Positions 16,092 through 25,751 are shown, counted from the first letter of the stretch. The stretch: 30,097 bases of DNA from a virus (IMGVR_UViG_2724679538_000002), one strand, 5' to 3'. The notes: a model not told the origin generated them from the sequence alone. Program-made: numbers and translations.

Positions 16092-18126
16092 TCCCCGCGC
16101 CAGCCTTGCGGGTGTCGATGCCGCAAACGGTCAGTGCTGGTACGAAATCCGTGCGCAGGCAACCGGACGGGTGGAAATTTTCCTCTATGACGTGATTGGT
16201 GGATGGGGCATCACCGCGCAGCAGTTTATCGCTGACTGTAAAGATGCGGGGGTGTTTGAGGCCAGCGCCATTGATCTGCATATCCACAGTCCGGGTGGTG
16301 ATGTGATGCAGGGCTTTGCCATCTTTAACACGCTGTCACGCCTGAAAGCGAAGGTGGATATCTGGGTGGATGGTGTCGCTGCCAGTATGGCATCGATGAT
16401 CGTCTGCCTTCCCGGAGCCACAGTGCATATGCCTGAAAACGCCTGGATTATGGTGCATAAGCCCTGGGGCGGGATCGCCGGTGATTCCGATGATATGCGT
16501 GATTATGCCGACTGGCTGGATCGCAACGAGGCGCTGATGCTGTCTGCCTACATGAATAAAACCGGACTGGGGCAGGAGGAGCTGGAGGCCATGCTGAAAG
16601 CGGAAACCTGGCTCAGCGGCGCTGAAGCTGTGGAAAAGGGCTTTGCAGACTCCCTCGAACCCGAATTACAGGCTGCGGCCTGTGTGAACCAAAATAAACT
16701 GAAGGATTATCAGAATATGCCAGAACAGGTTAATGCTCTTTTTGCTCCGCGTGCAGAAACTCAGGTTACCCCACCGCAGGCCAGCCAGCCTCCGGCACCA
16801 CAGGTATCTCAGGACACGCAGCAGCCAGGCGCCGTAGATATTGCCGCGCTGGCCACTCAGCTTCAGCAGCAGATGCAGGCTGCCAATGCGGAACGCGTGA
16901 ACGCTGTCTCTGCCGTGTTCGACGCATTTCCGGCATTTGCCTCGCTGAAAGCGGAATGCCTGAGCGATTTCACCTGCTCGGCTGAAAAAGCCCGTGAACG
17001 ACTGCTGCAGGCGCTGGCGGCGGGTACCACGCCCTGTGCCGGGCCGGGAGCAGCACACATTTACGCAGGCAACGGCAATCTGGTGGGTGATTCCATCCGT
17101 GCAGCAGTGATGGCTCGCGCAGGGTACAGCGAAGCCGAAAAAGACAATGCCTATAACGGCTTTACGTTACGCGAACTGGCGCGTGCCTCACTGGTGGATC
17201 GCGGCATCGGGATTTCAGGACATGCCGCACCGATGGCAATGGTGGGGCTGGCATTCACCCACAGTGGCAGTGACTTTGGCAATATCCTGATGGATGTTGC
17301 TCACAAAGCGGTACTGCAGGGCTGGGACAGCGCCAGTGAAACGTTTGATCAGTGGACCCGCAAGGGCACACTGTCAGATTTTAAAACTGCCCACCGTGTG
17401 GGGCTGGAGGCTTTCCCGACCCTGCGACAGGTTCAGCCGGGCGCTGAATATAAGTATGTAACCCTTAAAGATCGTGGTGAGCCCATTGCGCTGGCTACGT
17501 ATGGCGAACTCTTCAGCATTGATCGCCAGACCATCATTAACGATGACCTGGATATGCTGACCCGTATTCCGATGGCAATGGGCGCGGCAGCGCGTACCAC
17601 GGTGGGCGATCTTGTCTGGGCCGTACTGACCAGCAACCCGAAAATGTCTGATGGTAAACCGTTGTTCCATGCCGATCACGGCAACCTGGTGACTGCGGAT
17701 CTGTCCATTGAAGGACTGGATGCAGGGCGTAAAGCCATGTTGCTGCAAAAGTCCGGTAGCCGCCGCCTGAATATTCGTCCGGCCTTTATGCTGACACCTG
17801 TTGCCATTGAATCCCGGGCAAGTCAGTTAATTAAATCTGCCAGTGTACCGGGGGCAGATGCCAACAGCGGCATTGTTAATCCGATCCAGAACTTTGCCAC
17901 CGTTCTGTCAGAAGCCCGTCTGGATGACAGCAGCCCGACCGATTATTACCTGGTGGCGGCACAGGGGCGTGACACAATTGAAGTGGCCTATCTTGACGGT
18001 ATCGATACTCCGTATCTGGAACAGCAGCAGGGCTTTACCGTTGACGGGGCCGCATTCAAAGTGCGCATTGATGCCGGGGTCGCACCGCTTGACTGGCGGG
18101 GCATGGTTAAAGTCAAAAAACAGTAA
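16048..18126 (+). CDS. fused prohead protease (ClpP/S49-like) - scaffold - HK97-fold major capsid protein (tripartite capsid gene)
   Basis: N-terminal ClpP-like region 'IHSPGGDVMQGFAIFNTLSRLKAKVDIWVDGVAASMASMIVC...MVHKPWGG'. A Q/A/P-rich linker. C-terminal region 'LDGIDTPYLEQQQGFTVDGAAFKVRIDAGVAPLDW' is capsid-like. Start chosen at the ATG with RBS 'aaaggag' (in-frame alternative at 16081). Confidence 0.8.
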   Translation: MQRMISPPRRGMTINPRASLAGVDAANGQCWYEIRAQATGRVEIFLYDVIGGWGITAQQFIADCKDAGVFEASAIDLHIHSPGGDVMQGFAIFNTLSRLKAKVDIWVDGVAASMASMIVCLPGATVHMPENAWIMVHKPWGGIAGDSDDMRDYADWLDRNEALMLSAYMNKTGLGQEELEAMLKAETWLSGAEAVEKGFADSLEPELQAAACVNQNKLKDYQNMPEQVNALFAPRAETQVTPPQASQPPAPQVSQDTQQPGAVDIAALATQLQQQMQAANAERVNAVSAVFDAFPAFASLKAECLSDFTCSAEKARERLLQALAAGTTPCAGPGAAHIYAGNGNLVGDSIRAAVMARAGYSEAEKDNAYNGFTLRELARASLVDRGIGISGHAAPMAMVGLAFTHSGSDFGNILMDVAHKAVLQGWDSASETFDQWTRKGTLSDFKTAHRVGLEAFPTLRQVQPGAEYKYVTLKDRGEPIALATYGELFSIDRQTIINDDLDMLTRIPMAMGAAARTTVGDLVWAVLTSNPKMSDGKPLFHADHGNLVTADLSIEGLDAGRKAMLLQKSGSRRLNIRPAFMLTPVAIESRASQLIKSASVPGADANSGIVNPIQNFATVLSEARLDDSSPTDYYLVAAQGRDTIEVAYLDGIDTPYLEQQQGFTVDGAAFKVRIDAGVAPLDWRGMVKVKKQ

Positions 18127-18130
18127 TACA

Positions 18131-18154
18131 CCGCCGCGTCAGGCGGTTTTTTTT
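18131..18154 (+). terminator. intrinsic terminator/attenuator after the capsid gene
   Basis: Stem 'ccgcc'/'ggcgg' with loop 'gcgtca', followed by 8 T residues, 5 nt after the capsid stop. Confidence 0.6.
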
Positions 18155-18196
18155 ACTCAGGCGGCACCATCGGGAGCCGCTTATACGGAGGTAAAA

Positions 18197-18526
18197 ATGT
18201 CAAAAAATTATGTTCAGGACGGTACGACCGTTGAATGGGTGAACGATAGCGGTAAAACAGTCTTATCCGGGGAACTGGTCGTTAAAGACAATCTGATCGG
18301 GGTGGCGCATGCGGATATTCCGCAGGATGGCTCAGGTGTTTTGCATACAACGGGGATTTTTGCATTACCCAAAGAAGCTGAAGAACTGACACAGGGAAAA
18401 CGGGTATATCTCAGGTCTGATACTGCCACGCTGACAGCAACAGAATCGGGCAATGCGCTGGTGGGAACCGTATGGGCAGCGGCAGAAACCAGCGATGCTA
18501 CCGTGTGTGTGCGTCTCGGTTACTGA
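18197..18526 (+). CDS. putative head decoration protein
   Basis: 109-aa ORF with RBS 'ggagg', directly downstream of the capsid gene. Gly/Thr-rich and probably beta-rich. Assignment rests on position. Confidence 0.45.
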   Translation: MSKNYVQDGTTVEWVNDSGKTVLSGELVVKDNLIGVAHADIPQDGSGVLHTTGIFALPKEAEELTQGKRVYLRSDTATLTATESGNALVGTVWAAAETSDATVCVRLGY

Positions 18527-18882
18527 TGGGCAACTTCCATGAACGGCTGATGCGGGCAGAGGCCCGCATAACGCGACTTTTTGCGCAGCCATACCCCGCA
18601 GTGTTGTACATCGGTAATGAATGTCGTCAGGTGAATGTGATTTTTGAAACGCCGGATGCTCCGGTCAGTGTTCCGGGCGGCGGAGAAATCAACAATCACG
18701 CCCCGGCATTCAGTGCGATGACGACGGATATTGTCGGACTGTCCAGGCATGATGAGGTGGTGGTGAACAATATTCGCTACCGGGTAACGCATGTCGGTGC
18801 GAACGAAGCCGGGCGCACCCGTGTCACGCTGGCGTATGGCGCACCGGGAAACGTTCAGCCACCGATTGAACAATGGAGCTGA
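18526..18882 (+). CDS. hypothetical head-tail connector/completion protein
   Basis: Translationally coupled (TGATG overlap). Position between head and tail modules. No motif recognised. Confidence 0.4.
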   Translation: MGNFHERLMRAEARITRLFAQPYPAVLYIGNECRQVNVIFETPDAPVSVPGGGEINNHAPAFSAMTTDIVGLSRHDEVVVNNIRYRVTHVGANEAGRTRVTLAYGAPGNVQPPIEQWS

Positions 18883-18883
18883 T

Positions 18884-19540
18884 ATGGCGCGAGGATCCAG
18901 ACTGCGACGGGATTTACCGATCGATATTGATGTGGATGCTATCTGGCAGATTGCGGACAGTATCGGTGCCACACAAAAACAGTTTCGGGCAGCCTACTCC
19001 CGGGCGCTCAGACGAACTGCTGCCACCCTGCGCAAAAAAGCGCTGGCTGATCTGAAAGACGGGCTGGCGCCGCGCAGTATCGGGCTGGTACGCCGCCGTC
19101 TGCTCTCTTTTCGCCTCGACAGAGGCTCCCGGCTGGATAATTTCAGGATCTGGTTTGGTCTCAACGCCATTAAGGTTAAAGACCTGAAAGGGCGAATTAA
19201 CGGGCGGCTACGCCCGCGCCATACCCTGCGGGATAAATCCACGGGGCGTTTTATCAAAGCTCGTCGGCAGGTAAAAAATGCCGGGTTTACGCCTAAAGGC
19301 AGTCTGCTTTCGACACTGACCTTCGAAAATGGCGAAGTCGCCCGCTCAAAACGAGAGAACCGACGAACGGTGGTTATTCGTGATCCGCAAACCCGGCGTA
19401 CCCGGGAAGCTGAGGTGGATATTTACGAACCGATGCTCAATTACATTGAAGATAACGCCTTTGCCGAAGCAATGGACATTTTCATGCACCATTTTGAAAC
19501 AGATATCCGCGGGCGGGTGAAAGCCAGGATATCTGTATGA
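18884..19540 (+). CDS. hypothetical virion morphogenesis protein (basic, Arg-rich)
   Basis: Starts 1 nt after the upstream stop. Position in the head-tail joining region. Confidence 0.4.
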   Translation: MARGSRLRRDLPIDIDVDAIWQIADSIGATQKQFRAAYSRALRRTAATLRKKALADLKDGLAPRSIGLVRRRLLSFRLDRGSRLDNFRIWFGLNAIKVKDLKGRINGRLRPRHTLRDKSTGRFIKARRQVKNAGFTPKGSLLSTLTFENGEVARSKRENRRTVVIRDPQTRRTREAEVDIYEPMLNYIEDNAFAEAMDIFMHHFETDIRGRVKARISV

Positions 19541-19550
19541 GGTCATCACA

Positions 19551-20102
19551 ATGGCTGAACCTTTATCTCTGGCGCGATATCACGATGCGGTTATCAGTGC
19601 GCTAAAGCAGATAACATGGGTAAGTGATGCCGGAGCTTATCCTGAAAAAAATATTCCCCGTTTCACCGGGCTGGTGACACCTGCCGTGTATTTCACGATT
19701 AACAGCTGGGAGCAGAACGGCGGCAATGAGGGGCAACTCAATGTTGAACTCTCGTGCGATCTTTATGTGGTGGTTGATGCCGCGTCTGGTCTCAGTTGTC
19801 CGGAAATCTTCCTGCGAACAGCGGCAGCAGATATTACGCAGTGGATTGACGGGCAACAGTTTGGTCTGACTCACATTTCACCCGCCGTATTCACTGCTGC
19901 AGAGCGTGACGAATTTGATCCTCGCATGGATGACTACCTGGTGTGGCGGGTGTCGTTTACCCAGGAGGCGGCTTTTGGCGTGGATCCGTTCACCCGCACC
20001 GCTATGCCACTGAGTCAGGTCTGGCTGGGAGTAGCACCGGATACGGGGCGGCAGCATGTGGACGACTATTACCTTATCCTGGAGGCGGGAGCTGATGAGT
20101 GA
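19551..20102 (+). CDS. hypothetical tail-completion/neck protein
   Basis: RBS 'gaggt'. Overlaps the downstream baseplate V gene. Position immediately upstream of the tail genes. Confidence 0.4.
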   Translation: MAEPLSLARYHDAVISALKQITWVSDAGAYPEKNIPRFTGLVTPAVYFTINSWEQNGGNEGQLNVELSCDLYVVVDAASGLSCPEIFLRTAAADITQWIDGQQFGLTHISPAVFTAAERDEFDPRMDDYLVWRVSFTQEAAFGVDPFTRTAMPLSQVWLGVAPDTGRQHVDDYYLILEAGADE

Positions 20103-20712
20103 CATTACAGGGGATTTGCAACGCAGACTGGCAAATCTGGTACGACGCGGTGTGATTCATTCTGTCCGGCATGATGGTATCCCCAAATGCCGGGTTGATC
20201 TGGGCGATATCATCACGACCTGGCTGCCGCTGTGTCAGGGTTTTTCTGGCGCAAACCGGGCTGATTCGAATCCTTATGCCGTCGGTGATGCGGTGACAGT
20301 GTTGTCGGAGGCCGGAGAGTTAAACAACGGGCGGGTGTTTCCTGGCTGGAACACCGGGAAATTACCCGTGCCGGAGGGCAGCGACAGCGAACATATTACC
20401 CGTTACAGCGACGGCACAGAGATCCGGTATGACCGGGCAGCTCATGCCCTGACGATCACCCTGACCGAAGGAGGCACTTACAAAATCATCGGTAAGGGTA
20501 CGCTTGATGGTCCGGTTGAAATCACCGATACCCTGACTGTACAGGGGAAAACGCAGATTAACGCCGATACGACGGTGAAGGGTAATATTGGTGCCTCTGC
20601 AGAAATTACCGACAAAACCGGCAGTATGAGCGGGATCCGCAACATCTTTAACGAGCACAACCACCCCGGCGACAGTGGCGGGAGTACGGATAAACCTAAT
20701 CAGAAAATGTGA
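20095..20712 (+). CDS. baseplate assembly protein V (P2 gpV-like spike/hub)
   Basis: N-terminal 'LQRRLANLVRRGVIHSV' and C-terminal 'NEHNHPGDSGGSTD' parallel P2 gpV ('...HTHKHPGDSGGTTG') as I recall it. Confidence 0.8.
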   Translation: MSDITGDLQRRLANLVRRGVIHSVRHDGIPKCRVDLGDIITTWLPLCQGFSGANRADSNPYAVGDAVTVLSEAGELNNGRVFPGWNTGKLPVPEGSDSEHITRYSDGTEIRYDRAAHALTITLTEGGTYKIIGKGTLDGPVEITDTLTVQGKTQINADTTVKGNIGASAEITDKTGSMSGIRNIFNEHNHPGDSGGSTDKPNQKM

Positions 20713-20733
20713 CCTGCTGCGGCAGGTTTTTTT
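20712..20733 (+). terminator. hairpin plus T-tract (attenuator) between V and sheath genes
   Basis: Stem 'acctgc'/'gcaggt' with loop 'tgcg', followed by 7 T residues. Confidence 0.45.
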
Positions 20734-20749
20734 ATGGCTGGAGAAAGAC

Positions 20750-22219
20750 ATGTCTCAGTTACATGGTGTTGAAACAATTGAACTGACCTCGGGAACTGTG
20801 GCGGTGACCACTATTCAGACGGCGATTATCGGTCTGGTGGGCACGGCACCGGAGTCGTCTGCCGGGAGTGCGGCAGCGGTCACCACCGGGACGCCGATTC
20901 TGGATAACGTACTGAACTTCACAGCAAAGGAGAGGGGCCGGGCTGGCAATGTTATCCAGGTGGACGCGGTGGCGGCGGTACCAGATACGGAAAGCCCGCA
21001 GGCTGTTAACACATCGGCATCCTGGGATGACGTTACGCGCAAACTGACGGTGACACTGGGCTGTGATGAGCAGGGGGTGATCACGGCGCGACCTGCTGAT
21101 GTGGTCAGTGTGGTCAATGCGCTGGATGGTGTCAAAGTTCAGGCCGAAGGCAGTGGCGAGGGGCTGGTGGCAACGTTCAGTGTAAAGCTGGAAGGGGGCG
21201 AAGATGAGCCTTTTCCGTTAAATACGCCTGTGGCTGTGGCGGGCACCGCGCTCATTAATCGTCTGGGAGACAAGGGGACTCTCAAACAGGCGCTGACAGA
21301 GATTAATGATCAGCGTAATGCGCTGACAGTGGTGGTGCGGGTGGCTGATGAAACTGACGGGGCAAAAAAACGGGCAGCCATACTGAAAGGGATTGGGCTT
21401 CTGTCATCAGCAAAATCCATTACCACGTATCAGCCACGTATTGTGATTGCGCCGGGATTCAGTGAGGACGATGCGGTCGGGAAAGCCCTGGAAACGGTGG
21501 CCGGAAAATTACGTGCGGTGGCCTATGTTGACTGTGCTTCTGGAGCAACGTTGCAGGAGGTGGTACAGCGCCGTCAGTCCTATGGTGCCCGTACTGAACT
21601 GTTGCGACCGCGTGTTCAGGCTGCCGATGCGGATGGCCAGTTAGTGTATCGCCCTTACTCTGCTTTTGCCGCCGGATTACGTGCCCGTATCGACTACGAA
21701 AAGGGCTGGTGGTGGAGCAAATCGAACCAGGACATCAACAATATCCTCGGAGTGGAGCAGATCGACGAATTTATTCTCGGGGATGAAAACTGCGATGCGA
21801 ACCTGCTCAACATGCAGAACGTATCCACCATTATCCGTCGTGCGGGCTTTAAACACTGGGGAAACCGTCTGTGCGCAACCGATCCGCAGTGGCGTTTTGA
21901 ATCCGTACGACGTACAGCAGATGTTATCGAGGACAGCATTCAGGAAACCATGCTGGAGTATGTTGACCGTCCGCTGGATCGCGAAAATGCCGATGACATT
22001 ATCGGCACCATTAATGCCTATATGCGACAACTGGTCGGACTGGGCGCCATCTTCGGCGGTCGGGCCTGGCTGGATGAAGAACTTAATACCGCAGAGAGCA
22101 TGGCGGCAGGTGTCCTGTATATCAACTATGACTTTGGACCGAAATCGCCGACTGAACTTATCAGTCTGCGCGTCCGGGTGAATAATAACTATGCGCTTGA
22201 GGAGATGCTGGCAGCATGA
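20750..22219 (+). CDS. contractile tail sheath protein
   Basis: 'MSQLHGVETIELTSGTVAVTTIQTAIIGLVGTAPE' is a typical tail sheath N-terminus. About 489 aa. RBS 'ggagaaag'. Followed by the tube gene. Confidence 0.8.
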   Translation: MSQLHGVETIELTSGTVAVTTIQTAIIGLVGTAPESSAGSAAAVTTGTPILDNVLNFTAKERGRAGNVIQVDAVAAVPDTESPQAVNTSASWDDVTRKLTVTLGCDEQGVITARPADVVSVVNALDGVKVQAEGSGEGLVATFSVKLEGGEDEPFPLNTPVAVAGTALINRLGDKGTLKQALTEINDQRNALTVVVRVADETDGAKKRAAILKGIGLLSSAKSITTYQPRIVIAPGFSEDDAVGKALETVAGKLRAVAYVDCASGATLQEVVQRRQSYGARTELLRPRVQAADADGQLVYRPYSAFAAGLRARIDYEKGWWWSKSNQDINNILGVEQIDEFILGDENCDANLLNMQNVSTIIRRAGFKHWGNRLCATDPQWRFESVRRTADVIEDSIQETMLEYVDRPLDRENADDIIGTINAYMRQLVGLGAIFGGRAWLDEELNTAESMAAGVLYINYDFGPKSPTELISLRVRVNNNYALEEMLAA

Positions 22220-22722
22220 GCGATAAAAATACACTACGTGCCTGGACTTTCTTCCGGCAGGGGATCCGTATTCAGGGGGCGCATGAGTTTACGCCGCCAT
22301 CGCTGACAATCGTGAAAACTGACCTGCGAACTGGTGCCCAGGATGCGCCCACGCCCGTGGATGACGGGATGGAAGCACTGACCTGTCAGGTGAAATTTTA
22401 CGGTCTGGACACGGATATGCTGGCCAGCTTTGGATTTGTCAGTGGCAGTCGTTCCCGCTTTACGGCCTACCAGGGGTATCTCGGCAACGGTACTGCTCGC
22501 GGTACTGTTGAGGAAATTGAAGGGTTTATTCAGGCTGTCACGCCGGATGCGCGGGGTAAGGATAATCTTTCTGAAAATGCTATCACGGTCGATATTGCGG
22601 TCAGTTATTACCGACAGACGCTGGATGGTCGTGAACTGTTTGCCATTGATACCGAGCGCTTTTCCCGTCGGGTAAATGGTGTCGATATGTTGTCGGGTCT
22701 GGCGGCAAAAGTTCGTCTCTGA
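22216..22722 (+). CDS. tail tube protein (P2 FII-like)
   Basis: 168 aa, overlaps the sheath stop, followed by a hairpin and the E/E'/T cluster. Confidence 0.75.
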   Translation: MSDKNTLRAWTFFRQGIRIQGAHEFTPPSLTIVKTDLRTGAQDAPTPVDDGMEALTCQVKFYGLDTDMLASFGFVSGSRSRFTAYQGYLGNGTARGTVEEIEGFIQAVTPDARGKDNLSENAITVDIAVSYYRQTLDGRELFAIDTERFSRRVNGVDMLSGLAAKVRL

Positions 22723-22746
22723 TTATTCCCGTTCTTTAACTACCTG

Positions 22747-22767
22747 ACGGCCTGCGGGCCGTTTTTT
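22747..22767 (+). terminator. hairpin plus T-tract (attenuator) after the tube gene
   Basis: Stem 'cggcc'/'ggccg' with loop 'tgcg', followed by 6 T residues. Confidence 0.5.
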
Positions 22768-22780
22768 AATGGAGGTGATT

Positions 22781-23080
22781 ATGCCTTTTCCCGGTGAAAC
22801 CCGCGTTATCCGATTGTTTTCCCCTGTCACTCTGGAGGGTGGCGTGATCCTTGAGGAAGTGACGATGCGTGAACCGCTGGTGCGCGATCGTATTGCTCAT
22901 GCCAAAGATCGCGGTAATGAAGAAGAAAAAGAAGCCCGGATGGTTGCGCTGTTGTGCAACCTCAGTGAAAAGGACATCTGGCAACTGACGGCTGCAGACT
23001 ATGCGCAACTGCTGGATGCCTTCAATGTTTTTATGCTACCGCCCGCGAAGCGTCCGAAAGACACCTCCTCCGGGCGATAA
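22781..23080 (+). CDS. tail assembly chaperone (P2 gpE-like)
   Basis: ATG after RBS 'ggagg'. Roughly 100 aa, acidic, located between tube and tape measure genes. Confidence 0.65.
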   Translation: MPFPGETRVIRLFSPVTLEGGVILEEVTMREPLVRDRIAHAKDRGNEEEKEARMVALLCNLSEKDIWQLTAADYAQLLDAFNVFMLPPAKRPKDTSSGR

Positions 23081-23208
23081 AACTCCTTGGACGGCGACTG
23101 CATTTTCCTATGTCGGACTATCTGGATATGCCGTTCAGCACTTTCTCTGATTTTCTTACTGATGAACTGGAGACGATGAACCGTGGGCGGAATAAGCCAG
23201 AATCTTAA
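22781..23208 (+). other. putative -1 programmed frameshift product (E+E'-like)
   Basis: The -1 frame is open from 22969 to the stop at 23206-23208. A run of five T residues at 23028-23032 ('gtttttatg') allows P-site tRNA-Phe slippage. The predicted fusion is about 142 aa, and the extension overlaps the start of the tape measure gene as in P2 E+E'/T. Confidence 0.45.
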
Positions 23209-25093
23209 AGCCGTTATCACGTTTGGCGGTAACCTGGACAGTTCATGGAAGCGATCGGCTGACGGTTTACAAAAGAGCCTGAATGATGTCGGGAAACGTT
23301 CAGAACGTCTGACAAAGGAGCAGACAAAACTGGCTGCTGAAATTAAACGCGCGAAACTGGCAGGTGAAAGTCTGGGAAATTTGAAACGCCGTTATAGCGA
23401 AGTTTCCAGAGAGATCCGCAAGGCAGAGGCAGAGCAGCAGAAACTGAATGTCCAGATGCAAAAAGCACAGCGGATTGAGGCATTCAAAGGTGCCGGGAAG
23501 GGGTTGTTCCGGCGTGGTCTGGGGATTGCCGGTCAGGTCGGAGGTATGTTCGGTACCGGACTGGCATTTGGTGGCGGTGGTGTGGTGGCCTCAGCGCTCG
23601 GCACGCTTATCGCCCCGGCAGCAACGAATGCTGAAACTGCCACCCGCGCCAGTGTGGCTAAAAGCTACGGTGTGGATGTCGCCACCTTCAGTGCGTGGGA
23701 CTCCCTGGCCCGGCAGTACGATATGAATGCCGAAAATATTGGTGACCTTTTTGAGGAGTATCTGCACAAAGCGGGTGAGTATAAGCAAAACGGGAAACAG
23801 GGTTCTCTGCAGGATGCCTTTGAAACGCTGGGATTTAAAGAGGGCGATTTTGCCGGGCTCAGTGATATGGCGCAGTTCGATAAAATTGTTGAGCGGGCGC
23901 TCAGTCTCCAGGATGAGGCAAAAGCATCTTTTGCGCTGGACTCTCTTTTTGGCGGGGAGGCCAGTAAGCTGCTGATGCTGATCAAACAGTCGGGCAGAAG
24001 CTACCGGGAGCTGATGGACGAGCAGCGTCGTTATAACCTGGTGACCCGGGAGGGGGCAGAAGGTGCGATTGCCGGTAATCAGGCTATCAGTAATCTGCGC
24101 ACGGTGTTCTCTTCGGCGGTGGCGGAGATTTCCGGGCAACTGGGTAATGAGCTGGCACCTGATATCCGGCGATTAACGGACGATTTGGCAGACTGGTTTA
24201 AAGGGGGCGGCGTCAGGCGTATTGTCACTTTCCTGCGTAACGATCTTTATCCCGGGGTGTTGAGCTTTGGTCAGGGCGTGGTTTTTGTTGGTAAAATTGT
24301 CTATGCGCTGGCTAAAAAACTGGCCTGGCTGTTACCGGATGAGCGTGAAGATCAGCGTGATGTGCTGAAGGCGCTCGCCAGAAGTGGTTCCGTTGACCTT
24401 GCCAGACTGACCGCGCAGCGAAGTGGACAGGGGGAATGGTTTGAACAGCAGTTAACAGCGCATCCGGACTTACCGGAAAAGGTGAAACAGTCCTGGACAT
24501 CGACACGTGGTTATTTTGGTTTTGATTCGGATGATGAGGCATTTAACCAGTCTGTTGATCACTATCTGACCCCGGAAAGCCACGAATCCTTATTAAACTG
24601 GAATACCGCTTTACAGCGTAACCAGCGGGAGTCTGCATCGTTTCCCCCGGTAACAACGGAAAATAACACAGTTATTCATACCGCTCCGACGACGACAGAA
24701 AACAACACATTTATGCATTACGTTCCGGCAATGACGGAGAACAATACCGAAGCCTGGAATAAAGATGTGTTACCTCCCGTCTTTCCTGCTGTTCTACCGG
24801 AATTCACATTTTCTTCACGACAACAACAAGCCGCGGATCCGCGTTCTGCCAGAGAGCAGGAGGACAAAACAGGGGGCTACTGGGAAAATCTGCTGCAGAA
24901 AATGGACGCACTGGATAAACAGCCGCCGTCCAGGCAGGTTATCGATAACCGGAAGTTTGATTATCACTTCGAAATTAATGCAGCTCCCGGGCAGGATGAA
25001 AAAGCCATTGCCGATGAACTGACCACGGTCACCCGAAATAATCCGGCTTTTAACGGGGACAACCGTCTGACGGATGGAGGACTGGTCTGGTGA
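23183..25093 (+). CDS. tail tape measure protein
   Basis: 636 aa, coiled-coil-rich N-terminus, Gly-rich hydrophobic segment 'GIAGQVGGMFGTGLAFGGGGVVASALG', internal 'TENNT' repeats. GTG start with 'ggag' about 9 nt upstream. Confidence 0.8.
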   Translation: MGGISQNLKAVITFGGNLDSSWKRSADGLQKSLNDVGKRSERLTKEQTKLAAEIKRAKLAGESLGNLKRRYSEVSREIRKAEAEQQKLNVQMQKAQRIEAFKGAGKGLFRRGLGIAGQVGGMFGTGLAFGGGGVVASALGTLIAPAATNAETATRASVAKSYGVDVATFSAWDSLARQYDMNAENIGDLFEEYLHKAGEYKQNGKQGSLQDAFETLGFKEGDFAGLSDMAQFDKIVERALSLQDEAKASFALDSLFGGEASKLLMLIKQSGRSYRELMDEQRRYNLVTREGAEGAIAGNQAISNLRTVFSSAVAEISGQLGNELAPDIRRLTDDLADWFKGGGVRRIVTFLRNDLYPGVLSFGQGVVFVGKIVYALAKKLAWLLPDEREDQRDVLKALARSGSVDLARLTAQRSGQGEWFEQQLTAHPDLPEKVKQSWTSTRGYFGFDSDDEAFNQSVDHYLTPESHESLLNWNTALQRNQRESASFPPVTTENNTVIHTAPTTTENNTFMHYVPAMTENNTEAWNKDVLPPVFPAVLPEFTFSSRQQQAADPRSAREQEDKTGGYWENLLQKMDALDKQPPSRQVIDNRKFDYHFEINAAPGQDEKAIADELTTVTRNNPAFNGDNRLTDGGLVW

Positions 25094-25101
25094 GTAATTT
25101 C

Positions 25102-25560
25102 ATGTCTTTTATTGATGAATTTGGTCAGCAACAGGCTGAAAACCTGCGTTCGGCAGGAGCCGCCCGCGTGATGATGATGCTGGGAGATTTTGCTTTTTCG
25201 ATTGATACGACAGCCTATAACCAGCTGACCCGCGAAGCAACCTGGCGCTGGAGCGAACAGGAGCGCATTGGTAAGCAGGATCTTCTCCAGTACACCGGAA
25301 AGCCGGGGCGTACCGTCAGACTTGAAGGCGAATCCCATGCCTTTTTTCGAAAAGGTGTTGGCCCCGTCAATGACCTGTTTGCTCTTGCCGACCAGGCGAA
25401 GCCACTGCAGCTGGTCAGTGGAGAAGGGGATGTTCTGGGATGGTGGGTGGTAACTGACTTTACTGACACCACTAACCGGTTCCTGCCGGGAGGTGGTCAC
25501 CGTAATAAAAACTGGACAATGACACTGAAACACTATGCCGACGATATATCAAACCCGTGA
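25102..25560 (+). CDS. tail protein (P2 gpU-like)
   Basis: Position immediately after the tape measure gene and size of about 150 aa. An alternative GTG start at 25090 overlaps the tape measure stop. Confidence 0.55.
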   Translation: MSFIDEFGQQQAENLRSAGAARVMMMLGDFAFSIDTTAYNQLTREATWRWSEQERIGKQDLLQYTGKPGRTVRLEGESHAFFRKGVGPVNDLFALADQAKPLQLVSGEGDVLGWWVVTDFTDTTNRFLPGGGHRNKNWTMTLKHYADDISNP

Positions 25561-25750
25561 CGGTGATGTGCTGGATGCGATTTGCGCCGCGCACTATGGC
25601 AGCGAAAATCTCGCTGACACGATAATCCAGGTTCTGGAGGCAAATCCCGGGCTGGCTGATCGTGGCGCGGTATATCCCTCCGGTCTGTCTGTTATTCTGC
25701 CGGAACGGGTGATCCCGGTTGTGGAGTCTGCTTTCAGCTTATGGGATTAA
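25535..25750 (+). CDS. tail protein X (P2 gpX-like)
   Basis: 'MPTIYQTRDGDVLDAICAAHYGSENLADTIIQVLEANPGLADRGAVYPSGLSVILPE' parallels P2 gpX as I recall it ('...GDTLDAICVRYYGRTEGVVETVLAANPGLAELGAVLPHGTAVELPD'). Confidence 0.75.
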   Translation: MPTIYQTRDGDVLDAICAAHYGSENLADTIIQVLEANPGLADRGAVYPSGLSVILPERVIPVVESAFSLWD

Positions 25751-25751
25751 T

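Noticed and set aside
12394-18592. Many minus-strand and alternate-frame ORFs (for example 13688-14131, 14200-14577, 14663-15154, 15985-16287, 16666-17058, 17374-17748, 18214-18453) inside the terminase, portal and capsid genes
   Set aside because: They are fully embedded antisense to long, well-supported + strand genes, have no RBS and have biased, Arg/Ser/Cys-rich compositions typical of shadow ORFs.
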